DNA from: Octopus vulgaris
Taxonomy: Eukaryota
Assembly: GCA_951406725.2 (NCBI GenBank)
Contig: OX597815.1
Location: 97,650,001 to 97,714,000 of the forward strand
Length of the DNA: 64,000 bases
Reading direction: 5' to 3'
This document shows, piece after piece, positions 1 through 12,367 of this stretch. Each line of letters opens with the position of its first letter. Within the stretch, counting starts at the first letter, position 1. The position numbers and the translations under genes were made by a program. Under the pieces are notes generated by a model, which searched no databases, was not told the DNA's origin, and saw only the letters and a program-made list of their open reading frames with translations.

Positions 1-340
1 AATCTATGGACAACTGCTTCGAAACCTCCAGCTTCTGTATCCAGACTATGAACTCATATTCATACTAATAATAATTGGAGCATAGGATTTGTTAGTAAAT
101 GCTTAAAGGAAGATCTTGATAAAGGGGGAATTTCAGAAAGAGAAATTGACTGGCTGATTCGTACATTACAAGTCCAATCTGTGAATGGAACAGCGAGGAT
201 ATGCAAGACTTTTCTCAAGTTCCAAATGTGAATTTGTTTGTATTAACTAGATCCGAAAGATGGAGCTTTGCATCTTTGTTGGAAACCGGCAACTCCCACC
301 TCAGTGGAAGATTTATATCAATTAAAAAATAAAAGAGACA
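1..340 (+). mobile_element. 3' end of a degenerate RLE-type (R4/Dong-like) non-LTR retrotransposon
   Basis: Frameshifted translation resembles an RLE C-terminus (LQLLYPDYELIFILIIIGA.GFVSKCLKEDL...LIRTLQVQSVNGTARICKTFLKF), followed by an A-rich tail and (CATA)n. A homologous copy lies at 54308-54615. Confidence 0.7.
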
Positions 341-359
341 TACATACATACATACATAT

Positions 360-566
360 ATACATATGACCAGACTATCAGGTGTTTTTATACATAGCGA
401 TTCACATTACACCTCGCATGTTTTTGCATTCGAATGATGCCACTCCGTTAACAAATGGACTAGAGGAACGTAAAATGAAGTGCTTTGCACAAGAACTCTG
501 CATACTAGCTGCTCGCAGACCCGAACCACCATCCAGCAATCATTAGTCTAATCACAAAGCCACTTA
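360..566 (-). mobile_element. Degenerate tRNA-derived SINE
   Basis: Reverse strand begins ggtaagtggctttgtgattag...ggttcgggtc and contains a cttgtgcaaagcacttcattttacgttcctctagtcca core, similar to the SINE at 8262. Confidence 0.5.
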
Positions 567-967
567 CCTATGTAAATATATATGCGCGCGTGCATGAGCG
601 TGTGTGCTTGCGCGTGCGCACTTTTGTTCGTCAGCCAAAAAATTAATCTCACATTGTTCTATGATCACTTCGACATTCAACGTGTGGCACAATCTGAACC
701 CGTATACACAATGTCGATTTGATGGTGAGAGAAATCTAATGAAATAATACAAATATAGTTACAAATCATCTGTACATGCTGTATATAGAGATACGCTCTC
801 ACACACACTCACATGCAAAGCTTATATAATTACATAAATTCCAAGATTCACATTTATAGACATTTAACTTTTCAACTTACGCGCATATCGGCACTACATG
901 TTATATATATTTCACCAATATAAAGTAATACTTTTGAACACACTTGCATATATATATATATATATAT

Positions 968-1001
<34 letters not shown>

Positions 1002-1069
1002 ATATATATATATATATAATATCGATATTTAAATACCGATATTATCCTTATTTATAAATATATATACAC

Positions 1070-1103
<34 letters not shown>

Positions 1104-1110
1104 GTATATA

Positions 1111-1144
<34 letters not shown>

Positions 1145-1979
1145 CAGTTCACATTTACAGAAAACATGACGGAGACAGCTGAAGGAATCAAAAACAGCTG
1201 TATTTCATGTCTCGATCCCACAGTCTTTGACAGAAAGACTGAAAGGGCGAAAGATGTAGAGAGAACAAAAGAGAGAGTGAGAGAGAGAGAGAAATATGTG
1301 TAGGAGACTAACAGTTCAACATTATGAAATGAACGTTAAGTACAGGCTGAGTGAAAGGGACGTAATGATGTTGACGCAGCTGAACTAGAGTGCGCAAACG
1401 CGTGTATAGGTAAGAATAATGTGTGTGGGTGTGTATGTGTGTGTGAGGGTGAGCACCTGTGAGTTTGTGTGTGTGTGTGTATGTATATATGTATATATAC
1501 ACACATACATATATACTATCCTTTGCCTTACTTGATACTCTCTTTGCAATTTACATCACTCTCTCAATCTCTTTCTCTCTCACGCTGTCTCTCTTTGTCT
1601 TTCTTTCTTCTCCTTATTTCAAGTAAAAATTTATGCGTATCAGCTTTCTCTGGAATGAGCCCTCACACTCTATCAACTATCTTATTTACCTATTTTATAC
1701 AAGATGAATTCCATGACAATATTTCGATTAACATCCGAATAATTTGTCGTATTTCCAAATCCCTTTGCTTGTTCTCCACCTAAGCACAACTGCCATATTT
1801 AGTGTAGCTTCAGGCATTTATAACTTCTTGCTTCACGCTTCAATCTGAAATTCTTTCTTCTTATTCTCACTACCATAACAACATCGTCTTCCATACACAC
1901 ACACATAGACACACATACACACAATGCAACACATCCAACTCCCACATTAAACATTCACTTCGAATCTTTAAATCTACTA

Positions 1980-2004
1980 TTGCTGCTGTTACTACTACTA
2001 CTAC

Positions 2005-2036
<32 letters not shown>

Positions 2037-2090
2037 ACAACAACAACAACACTACTAACACTACCACTGCCAACACAACACCACCACCAA
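1980..2090. repeat. (CTA)n/(CAA)n/(CAC)n trinucleotide microsatellite
   Basis: Directly visible tandem triplets. Confidence 0.9.
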
Positions 2091-2945
2091 TCTAATGAAA
2101 CAGTCTTCTCTCACACTTCCTCACTCGCTAACGAAAGTGAAAGACTTGTAGAAATAATTGTAATATATTTATTAATATACTTGTTACAATACATGAAGAC
2201 TTATTATGCCTCGTGTTTGTACCATTGATACATTAATGTATAATTATGTGAGTATAATTATGGATATATGCTCACAATTATGCATACATATATCAACTGT
2301 ACATACATGTCTATATATATATATATGGGGTGGGGGTTGTATATATGTGTGTGCGTATGTGGGTTATATGTGTGTGTGTATGTGGGTTATATGTGTGTGT
2401 GCGTGTGTGTGTGTGTATCTGCATGCATAAATGTGTTTATGATATGCACTTGAAGGATAAGTAACTATATGATATTCAGAATTTCATATGCAAGAATATG
2501 TCAATTCGAAAGCAGTACCTTCAAATATACATCAATCAACAGAGGCATATTTGCGTATGCATCATTTCAGGTGTATTTGTACCTGTAGATATTATTACAC
2601 ACAATTTCTATGACACGAATAGAAACGCACACATATTCACGGTACATCTATATATGAGTCATCTTGTATCAGCAAATATCATTCCTAATTTTGGCACCTG
2701 TGTATCAAATAAAAATATGTAAAATAATTGTAATTACTTTGTAGGAAGATTTTTACAAAAGAAAAATCTCTCTCACTCTCTCTCTCTCTCTCTCTCTCGC
2801 ACACTCACATGCTATTTGATAATAGGTTTACAACTACCAGGAAGATTAGTTTTATACTTAGTTTTCTACGTGCATGTATTATCTATATATGTGCACATCA
2901 CATCCACACACATACCCACGTGTTTGTATGTGTGTGTGAGTGTGT

Positions 2946-2992
2946 GTGTCTGATGAAGATATCCCCTATGTTATTGAAACAGTTGTAAGACT
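2946..2992 (+). ncRNA. Minimal hammerhead-ribozyme-like motif with damaged stem I
   Basis: CTGATGA (2950-2956), extra A, GATA..TATT stem II, GAAA (2976-2979), quasi-palindromic CAGTTG stem III and a GTA triplet. The 5' stem I strand is replaced by (TG)n. Confidence 0.45.
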
Positions 2993-3265
2993 ATCTTTCT
3001 CTTTATAAATATCCTAGATATTTCACACTGCCTTAGATTTGTAGTCTCATTTTATTTAACATATACATGCTCACACAAAACCCGCATGTGATTATACACA
3101 CGCACACATAGGCTTAACACATTGGGCTTGCTACACCTATATATTTTAGCCACTACATTTGTATGGAGGTGTGAAGCAACACTGCTACCGATATATACAC
3201 GTGCATATGCATGTTTTTATATACAAACAGTCAGACAGAAATACAGAGTGTTAGACAGACAGACT

Positions 3266-3308
<43 letters not shown>

Positions 3309-4230
3309 GGATGTAGATTTATGAATATGCACGCTTGTATATACATATACATGTGTACACATGTATATGTACACATATACATACATACACATTCATACAT
3401 AGATACATACACACATACATACGTACATATACACATATTTGCAGCCACTCTCATGAAAGTCTCAAAACACAATTAGCTATCGTGATTAATATGTAGTACT
3501 TGAAATTAAATTTACTCATTACAGATGGCCATATGTTTCATATGTGTTGCTTTATACGAGCCTATCGAATGCATGATTTATTTTTTCTGATAATTAATTT
3601 GGAAGTTATAATTCGAAAGGGCTCTTTCTCAATACAATTTGTTTTGAAACAGATGCACATGATGAAATAATCTGATGTTTTCCTCGTTAGAAAGGCTGAA
3701 AAAGGTCTCAGAGATTTGTAGTGGTGATACACGGGACGTGTAACTGAACAAGAGATAATGTGTTCATGGATTTATTTAGTTGTAGAAAAAATAGAATTTA
3801 GTAACGGAAAGTAACTTGGGAGGAAAATGTGAAATTAATGTGCAAGTGAATTTTTTTAATTAATTGTAATTAATTAAAAATTTCCTACCAAGAATTTAGT
3901 AAGAAATTGTAATGTATGAAAAATTATTGGCATCAAATTTGGTGAACTATGTGGAAGGCAGCAAAATAAATTTTACTTTAATGTCGTTGGATGAGAAATA
4001 TGTAAATTTATTTCAAAATCTCAACTTTTTTTTATTTATTGTATTCTTTGTTAAACTTATAACAGCTGAGCTAAGTACTTCACTACTTACAAAATCTCCG
4101 TTAGAGCCCAAATGACCATTACACATGCACACAGACGCACACAAAGGCTCACCTATATTATTGTAGATATGCGTGTCCGTGTAAAGGGGCAAGGAAAAAC
4201 TGAGTAGGGTAATATGTGTGTGTGTGTGTT

Positions 4231-4563
4231 CAGGCGTGGCTGTGTGGTAAGTAGCTTGCATCCCGACCACATGGTTCCAGGTTCAGCTTCCCTACCACAT
4301 AGTTCCTCGTTCAGTCTCACTGTATGTATGAATATATATACCTATGTGAGTGTGTCTTTGTGCCTGTGTTTGTCGCCCTGTCAACGCTTGACAACCGGTG
4401 TGGGTATGTTTATGTCCCCGTAACATAGCGGTTCAGCAAAATAAACCAAGAAAATAAATACTAAGCTTAAAAAATAAATCCTGGGAACGATTTGTTCGAG
4501 TAAAATCCTTGATGGGGGTGCTCCAGCATGGCCGTAGTCAAATGTCTGAAACAAGTAAAAGAA
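4231..4563 (+). mobile_element. tRNA-derived SINE, family A, internally deleted copy
   Basis: gtggctgtgtggtaagtagcttgc...ggttccaggttca head; cgcttgacaaccgg...gctccagcatggccgtagtcaaatg body; matches the copy at 29254. Confidence 0.85.
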
Positions 4564-4730
4564 TATAAAAAAATCAAAGAATATATTCGATTAAAATTTA
4601 GTAGTATTAATAGAATGACTCAAAGTCTGAGAGTCTCGTACGTTGGCACTTACCAAACTAAGTTTGGTAAGTGCCAACGCATGTAATTCTCAGACCTTCA
4701 GTCACGCTGTTACTGCTAATAATTTTTTTT

Positions 4731-4919
4731 TTTACTTGTTTCAGTCATTTAACTGCAGCCATGCTGGAGCACCGCCTTTAGTCGAGCAAATCGACCCCAG
4801 GACTTATTATATCGATCTCTTTTACCGAACCGCTAGATGACGGGGACGAAAACACACCAGCATCGGTTGTCAAGCAATGCTAGGGGGACAAACACAGACA
4901 CACAAACACATACACACAT

Positions 4920-4980
<61 letters not shown>

Positions 4981-5151
4981 CATATATACGACAAGCTTCT
5001 TTCAGTTTCCGTCTACCAAATCCACTCACAAGGCATTGGTCGGCCCGGGGCGATAGCAGAAGACACTTGCCCAAGATGCCACGCAGTGGGACTGAACCCG
5101 GAACCATGTGGTTGGTTAGCAAGCTACATACCACACAGCCACTCCTGCGCC
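4731..5151 (-). mobile_element. tRNA-derived SINE, family A, near full length
   Basis: Reverse complement of the 29254-29706 copy (ggcgcaggagtggctgtgtggt...ggttcagtcccactgcgtggca) with an internal (TA)/(TG) microsatellite. Confidence 0.9.
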
Positions 5152-5250
5152 TATATTCATAAAATATTCATAAAAAATATACATATACTCATATCCTAAG
5201 TACTATTTTTTTCTTGTCTGCATCAGCATACCATAGTGTGAGTGTGTGTA

Positions 5251-5291
<41 letters not shown>

Positions 5292-6102
5292 GTGTGTGCG
5301 TGTGTGTGCGTGTGTGTGTAGTTAAGATTAAGTTTCTTTACTGAACTTACTGATTCAAAATAAACTTATTTAATAATAAATATACTTGTAATGAGAAAGA
5401 AAGTGAGAGAAACGAATTAATGAAATTTGTAACAGAATGAAAAAGATATGTATGAGTGGGAGGAATGTTTAGTCTATGGAACCTTGGTGATAATTCGCGA
5501 CCTATTTCGACCGCATTATACCTCCTCAGCGAAGTAAAATCTACTCGAAATTGTCAGTCATAATCACACACCGGCAAGTAATGGTTATTATTTTGTGCGC
5601 AAATATTTCACTGATTAGAGATATTAATACAAATATGATTCGAAAATATTTTCTCAGAAACGATTTCTGTGTGAAGAAGATATTGTAGTAAAGCAGAACA
5701 ATAAAACGAATGTTTAATCATTTGCAAATAAAGGAGTGACAAGAAAACATGTTCTTCCGCTTTCGTTCCTCTCATTAAACTGTCTCCCTGATGATTTGTA
5801 ATATTGACACATATCAGCTACATTGCCAGTGTAACTAGCAACAAACATAATTCCAACTGAATACCTTCATTTCAAAACAATTTCTATTTCGCTCTTCTAA
5901 TAAACCTATTTCTAATTTTCTTCTTTAATTCTAACACTCGTTCTAATTAATTTCTAAACGCCTACATTTTCATTCTTCCTTCACTTTTATCGATACCTAT
6001 TTCGCTTTCTCGTTCATTCTTTCATTCATTCATTGCTTTATTATACACATATGTTTGTAATAAATAATTTATATTAGTACTTTTCCTATTTCTGTTTTAC
6101 AG

Positions 6103-6283
6103 GTTTGGGTATATGTGGTAGCAGCTTACTTATGCGTCAGTTTTATGCTGTTCGTACTAGCTCGCTTCAGTCCTTATGAATGGTATAACCCACATCCTTG
6201 CAACCCAGATTCTGATGTAGTGGAGAACCAATTTACAATTCTCAACAGCCTCTGGTTTACTGTCAGCTCGTTGATGCGGCAAG
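6103..6283 (+). CDS. Kainate-like ionotropic glutamate receptor, internal exon encoding M1, the M1-M2 loop and the M2 pore loop up to the Q/R site
   Basis: Acceptor tttctgttttacAG (AG 6101-6102) and donor G|gtgact (GT 6284-6285). Translation [61 protein letters not shown] is close to vertebrate GluK2 ([33 protein letters not shown]). 181 nt, ends in phase 1. Confidence 0.96.
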
Positions 6284-6566
6284 GTGACTGTACGTGTTCT
6301 AAGCTACTTTTGCATTTATATCCACAACGGCACATGTACACACTTACACAAAAAACACAAGTGCACGCACATAAGCAATTTCATACACAACAGCTCATAC
6401 ACAGTATATTGACACACTTGTCCATATACAGAATCGCATTCATATCTGTGTGTGTAAGTATACATCTATATACATATGTATATATGTATATATATATATA
6501 TAAGAACGCATATGTACGTGCATATGCATATAAATGAGTGCATATATATATATGTATATATTCATT

Positions 6567-6599
<33 letters not shown>

Positions 6600-6703
6600 A
6601 TTTATCTATATGTATATATATCTATTTATATGTGTGTGCGTATTTATCTATATGTATATATATGTTTGTCTATATATTTATGTGAGAGAGAGAGAGAAAG
6701 CGT

Positions 6704-6760
<57 letters not shown>

Positions 6761-7282
6761 TTTGTGTGTGTGTAAAAAGATTCAATTAGATTCGTCTTTT
6801 AATTTGGAGTTTTCCAAAAGAAGTTTTCTAATATAGATTCTTCATATTTTGCTGCTAGCTTACTGGCGTAAAATTGTGAATATGAAAATAATACTTGTAT
6901 ATAGTGTCTTGTGAATTTACGGAATGAGATCCCATAAAACTCAACACTTTTGATAAAAATAGAGAAGAGAAGGTGTTAAGATATATAAGAGAATTATAAT
7001 TCATGCAGACGATCGTTTTGAACAGCAATATAAAATTCATAGCAAATTCATGGTGTAATAGAATTAATTAGATTACGTTAAATAAATTATGTAACACTGC
7101 ACTCTTCCGTACAAGACGTATAAACTTTTTTTTACATATGACTTGATAAAACAAATACAGAATAGGAACTAGGAGATTCAAATTTATCCTTATGAGAAAG
7201 CAAGATATGTGCGAGTCCAGTTAGGTATTAACTAAAATTAAAGACCATAAGTGTTATTTGAAAATATAAGTGAGAGAGATTT

Positions 7283-8060
7283 TTAGAGACGTTCCTTCCA
7301 TAGATGAGTAAGGAGATTAGAAATTCTAACTCCTGAAGCGCGATGGCATTGTTGGCATCTTTGCGACTGTGCACTGTCGACTCGTTCTGGCACTGGTGTA
7401 GCTTTCAGTGCCAAAATTTGGCACAATTCCTTCCAGGATCTTCCAGTAGCTGAGCTGTTGCAACGAGACGATCTGTTTTTCTGAAACATCGCTGGATTAC
7501 TTCAAGGTCTGCTGTTAATTTTACTCTCTGTTGGGTGAAAATAGCTGGGAGCAGTAGTCTAGGTGGCTGAGGACGAACGTCCTTCAGAGGATCAATATGG
7601 TCTCCTTCTCTGTTTCTGAATGTTCTCAGGATCCATCCAGCAAGTTGTCTGCACTTAGTGGCCGTCTTGGTAATGTATCATCACTCATGTCGATAATCAG
7701 GTCCCTCAGTGATTTAGGCTGTGGCATTGTAATACCCTGTGGACCAGTGCTCACGTTAGTTTTATATCAGTTTTGGACGTTGGTACCGCAGAGCTTGGCA
7801 TTTTTCAGCATTAAACTGCATATTATTGTCCTCAGCCCGTCTGTAAATTGAATCCAATTTTTGCTGCAGGTATGCAACATTGCTGGGCTTCTGTATTTTC
7901 TGCAAGACTTCCGTATCGACTACGTAGCTAGCAAGAGTGGCTATTGAGGCAGCTAGAGGCATATCTCTGCGGCCCACCTCGGAAAGTAGTGGTCCTAAGA
8001 CAGTGCTCTGTGGAACACTGCTCACTATTTTTGTATTCTTTGAGGTGCCTCCGTTGGCTA
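7283..8060 (-). mobile_element. Decayed CR1/L2-type LINE reverse transcriptase fragment
   Basis: VPQSTVLGPLL (for GVPQGSVLGP), SYVVDT (decayed YADD) and LQQKLDSIY...NNMQFNAEKCQALRY thumb motif; contains stops and frameshifts. Confidence 0.85.
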
Positions 8061-8073
8061 CTACTGTCTCACT

Positions 8074-8126
<53 letters not shown>

Positions 8127-8261
8127 ATATATATATACATATATATATATAAATATATTTATATATATTTATATATATTTATATATATATTAATATACAA
8201 ATTTATGTAAATTGATATATATTTATATTTATATATATATATTTATAAATGTATATATATG

Positions 8262-8605
8262 TGAAGGCGCATGGCTCAGTGGTTAGAGCGTCGAGCTTAC
8301 GATCGTCAGGTTGTGAGCTCGAATCCCGGACCGGACTGCATGTTGTGTTCCTGAGCAAGGCACTTTATTTCACGTTGCTCCAGTTCACTCAGCTGTAGAA
8401 ATGAGTTGCAACGTCACTGGTACCAAGCTGTATCGACCTTTGTCTTTCCCTTGGATAACACTGGTGGCGTGGAGAGGGGAGGCTGGTATGCATGGGCGAC
8501 TGCTGGTCTTCCATAAAACAACCTTGCCCGGACTTGTGTCTAGGAGGGTAACTTTCTAGGTGCAATCCCATGGTCATTCATGACCGAAGGGGGTCTTTAC
8601 CCTTT
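8262..8605 (+). mobile_element. tRNA-derived SINE, family B, near full length
   Basis: A box TGGCTCAGTGG, B-box-like GCTCGAATCC, central ttcctgagcaaggcacttt...cactcagctgtagaaatgag core; flanked by TA repeats. Confidence 0.85.
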
Positions 8606-8729
8606 ATATATATATCCGATATTTTGTCGATCGGGTGATCTAGTAGCGCAAATCAGTCGATGTGTTGGTTGAATTGTATATAAAGTTATTAGCATTATCA
8701 TATTGTTCAGGGCTTCCCATCTCAGCTAC

Positions 8730-8776
8730 ATCTGATCGACAAGAGTCAGCAAACTCGAAACATCGATGTTTCAGAT
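8730..8776 (+). ncRNA. Minimal type I hammerhead-ribozyme-like motif with variant core (U3-A8 pair, C4)
   Basis: ATCTGA [stem I], TCGACAA [core], GAGT cagcaa ACTC [stem II], GAAA, CATCGATG [palindromic stem III], T T, predicted cut after 8770, TCAGAT [stem I]. All three stems pair perfectly. Confidence 0.65.
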
Positions 8777-8918
8777 TCCCGAGAGAGGGCGATACTGAAC
8801 GAACGGGGTATTTTCACACCTTTTCACCATAATAGAGAAGTTTTCTCCACGGTAATTGCTGTGTATTTGCCTTTAACAGTTGAAATATGTGACAAATATA
8901 GTTCAATTCACCTGGCTT

Positions 8919-8983
<65 letters not shown>

Positions 8984-9771
8984 AGAGAGTGAAAGATAGA
9001 TAGATAGATATAGTTCATATATATATATGTATGTATGTATATACGTCTACACATATATTTATATATACATGCTTATTTTGATCATTATAGGTGCGTGTAT
9101 GTGTGTATGCGCATGTATTACTTAACTAGTTGGTTTCTAATGCATTCTCACACTACAACGAAAGTTAACTGTTGCACAAAATTAAATTTTGTCATTATAT
9201 ACGATACATCTTCATTTTTTTTCCATATGTATTCCACTTTGCAGCTGTTTATCATAGAATTTAAATTATTATATATTCTAAATATATATCAACTTTAAAT
9301 GTGATAATGTATTTATAAGATATGTCCTTCACACTGTATATAAAAGTAATATTCTATATATGCACCTTATGCCTGAGTTTATCTTGTTCGAAACATAAGT
9401 GCTGAATCAGTTAAGTTACACGATCGAAATTCGTAAACAAAATGCATTTAAAAAATGTGCTTTCTTTCTTTACTCTGCTTTTCCAAATAAGGAATTCTTT
9501 AAATTTTAAAATGGTGTTAAACGTTTTTTTTGCCCCAACTAACGTTAAAACCTTACATGTATTCATGTTGCAAGTATTGAAGTTCCAACGTATTTTGAAA
9601 CAGTTAGATTTTTCTATATATCCTATTGGACCATTGATGACGCTAAGTGTATTTTGGGCAATCGGATACGTAAACTCCTCAAACTGGCTCCTTTAATTTA
9701 AATCAGATAGACTTTAATTAGAATTAGTTTTTGCGTCATATTCTGTTTCGAAACAAGAATATAATATATAA

Positions 9772-9845
<74 letters not shown>

Positions 9846-9850
9846 CATTG

Positions 9851-9904
<54 letters not shown>

Positions 9905-10012
9905 CATGCATAAATATATATGTATATGTATATATGTATGTATGCATATATATATATGTATATGTATATATGTATGTATGCATATATATATATATATACA
10001 TATATATATATG

Positions 10013-10043
<31 letters not shown>

Positions 10044-10178
10044 GTAAGTATGTATGCATATATATATATATATATATATGTGTGTATATATGTATGTATG
10101 CATATATATATATATGTATGTATGCATGTATGCATATATGTATATATATATATATATATATGTATGTATGCATATATG

Positions 10179-10224
<46 letters not shown>

Positions 10225-10400
10225 TATATCAATATAAATAGTGTTAGCGGTTATAGTAACCGATTAAGGGATCGAATATTCGTATAGAGACTCGGTATCT
10301 GTTAGATGTATTATCCCGGGGCAGTGGTGTGCAGGTACACCATAGACGTAGGGTGCAGATAACAACAGGATAAACAAAAGTTTATGAGGAACCAATGCAA

Positions 10401-10848
10401 ATAATTAGAAAATGGAGAAAACCACAGATTAACCAACACATCGATTGGACCACATTTATTACTTATTTTTTTAATACAAAGCATATCATAAAATTGGTGA
10501 CGTAACACATCTAACGGGTGGTACTGATCGGATTGTGAAAATGCTTTTACCTACTGACCCTGTAGCCCCTGATGGTAAATTATTTGCTCTTAAAATATTG
10601 GGCTTCTAGACTATTTGTCTAAGCCATATTTTCTTTCCTTTTCCTTCTTCCCTTTATTTATAATGTATGTTCTTGTTCTTCACTCTGTGGAAGATCCGTT
10701 GCCTTAATTCGAATGCCCTATAAAGATGAAGAACTTTATTCTAGCATTTACGTCACCTATTTTGTTATGCCATGCTTTGTATTAAAAAAATAAGCTATAA
10801 ATGTTGTCCAATCGACGTGTTGGTTAATCTGTGGTCGTCTCCATTTTC

Positions 10849-10855
<7 letters not shown>
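10401..10855. repeat. Imperfect inverted repeat (arms about 10401-10505 and 10748-10855)
   Basis: ataattagaaaatggagaaaaccacagattaaccaacac...ggtgacgtaa is the reverse complement of ttacgtcacc...gtgttggttaatctgtggtcgtctccattttctaattat with scattered mismatches. Confidence 0.9.
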
Positions 10856-10890
<35 letters not shown>

Positions 10891-10895
<5 letters not shown>

Positions 10896-11030
10896 TAAAT
10901 TAGAGATAAAGCCACTATTAGGCAACTAAAACAGTGATAGATATAAACCAAACATAAAGAAAAATAAATATAATCAATATAATATATAATATGAGTTACC
11001 TAATAGTGGTTTTATCTCTAATTTAATTTA
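10891..11030. repeat. 37-bp inverted repeat (10891-10927 / 10994-11030)
   Basis: taaattaaattagagataaagccactattaggcaact versus agttacctaatagtggttttatctctaatttaattta; 2 mismatches. Confidence 0.9.
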
Positions 11031-11096
11031 TATTTATACTGTGAAATTTGATTTAATCCTAAATCTAATTTTTCTTTGTAAGTTTGGATATACTCC

Positions 11097-11164
<68 letters not shown>

Positions 11165-11175
11165 AGGGAAGGAGG

Positions 11176-11239
<64 letters not shown>

Positions 11240-11663
11240 CATAGATAATGTTTCATATCCATCTGTGTAAATATGTATGTGTATGTGCAGGAGTGAATAT
11301 ATGTATATATTTATGGATGCGCATCAATATTCTTGAAAATATATGTATGTCTGTAAGCATTTATGTATTTATATATGTAAGCATACGTTGTTCAAAAAAA
11401 GTCTTTTAAGATCTACATCGGGCAGCTGTCAAATCATTCAAATATTTGTTTACTATACATTTTTATATCCCATTTACCTTACATTACACAAGGAAAAACA
11501 TATAAGTGCAACAGTATTAATCTTATTTAAGATAACGTTATTTACAAGATCTACATGACTGCCGCTTCAGTTAGTACTTTCAAAGAATCTGAATTCCAAA
11601 CGAACGTCTTCGCCATAAAAGTGGATTCAAGGTGTCTGGAGAAAACTTGCATATAATTTAATG

Positions 11664-11712
<49 letters not shown>

Positions 11713-12302
11713 CTCTGGACTTCTGGGGTAAAGAGGACCAGGTCCCTAAAAGCAATCGCAAAAGCAGCTGAAAAAGTTTCCAACAGGATTTAATTCACCA
11801 AGATTGAAAGGAAACATCATAGTGTCTCATCTTCAAGATGTTATAATATCCAAGTCAACCTCGTATTTATGGGGCCTAAAAAACCTGGAAGGTGCAAGGC
11901 ACAATATATATGGGTATCCTGGAGTCATGATCTGGATGCTGCTCAGCCCCATTTGATTGTATGGAGTTAAGGGTCGAAACACTTGCATAAGTGTGTTTTT
12001 CTTTTCTGTTAGAGTTCCTTATTGCATACTTACCTACCTACCTAGTAACATAGGCACACCTCTGCCTATCACTCTCACTCGCTTTCTCTCTTTCTCTCCC
12101 TCTCTCTTTCTCTCTCTCTCTCTCTCTTTCAATATGCATACACATAGATAGACAGACAGGTAGATACATAGATAGATAGATACACACACATACCTACACA
12201 CTTATATGTGTATATATATATATAAATATATATATATATACATATATATATGTATATATATATATATATAAATGTATGTATATTTATATGTATGTATATA
12301 TG

Positions 12303-12367
<65 letters not shown>

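Noticed and set aside
6101-6108. AG|GT at the exon start as a recursive splice site
   Set aside because: The reconstituted donor GTTTGG is weak, and GTT simply encodes Val.
6284-6537. C-terminal extension of ORF 6115-6537
   Set aside because: Similarity to iGluR ends at the GT donor; the remainder is intronic low-complexity sequence.
8266-8335. tRNA gene
   Set aside because: A and B boxes continue into a SINE body and no intact acceptor stem is visible; it is a SINE head.
9714-10287. Many overlapping [16 protein letters not shown] ORFs here and throughout the window
   Set aside because: Translations of (TA)n, (TG)n and (CT)n microsatellites; no coding signal.
11935-11996. Hammerhead candidate (gggtcGAAAcactt-gcat-aagtg)
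   Set aside because: Has a stem III-like hairpin after GAAA but no CUGANGA-like core, and the triplet would be GUG.
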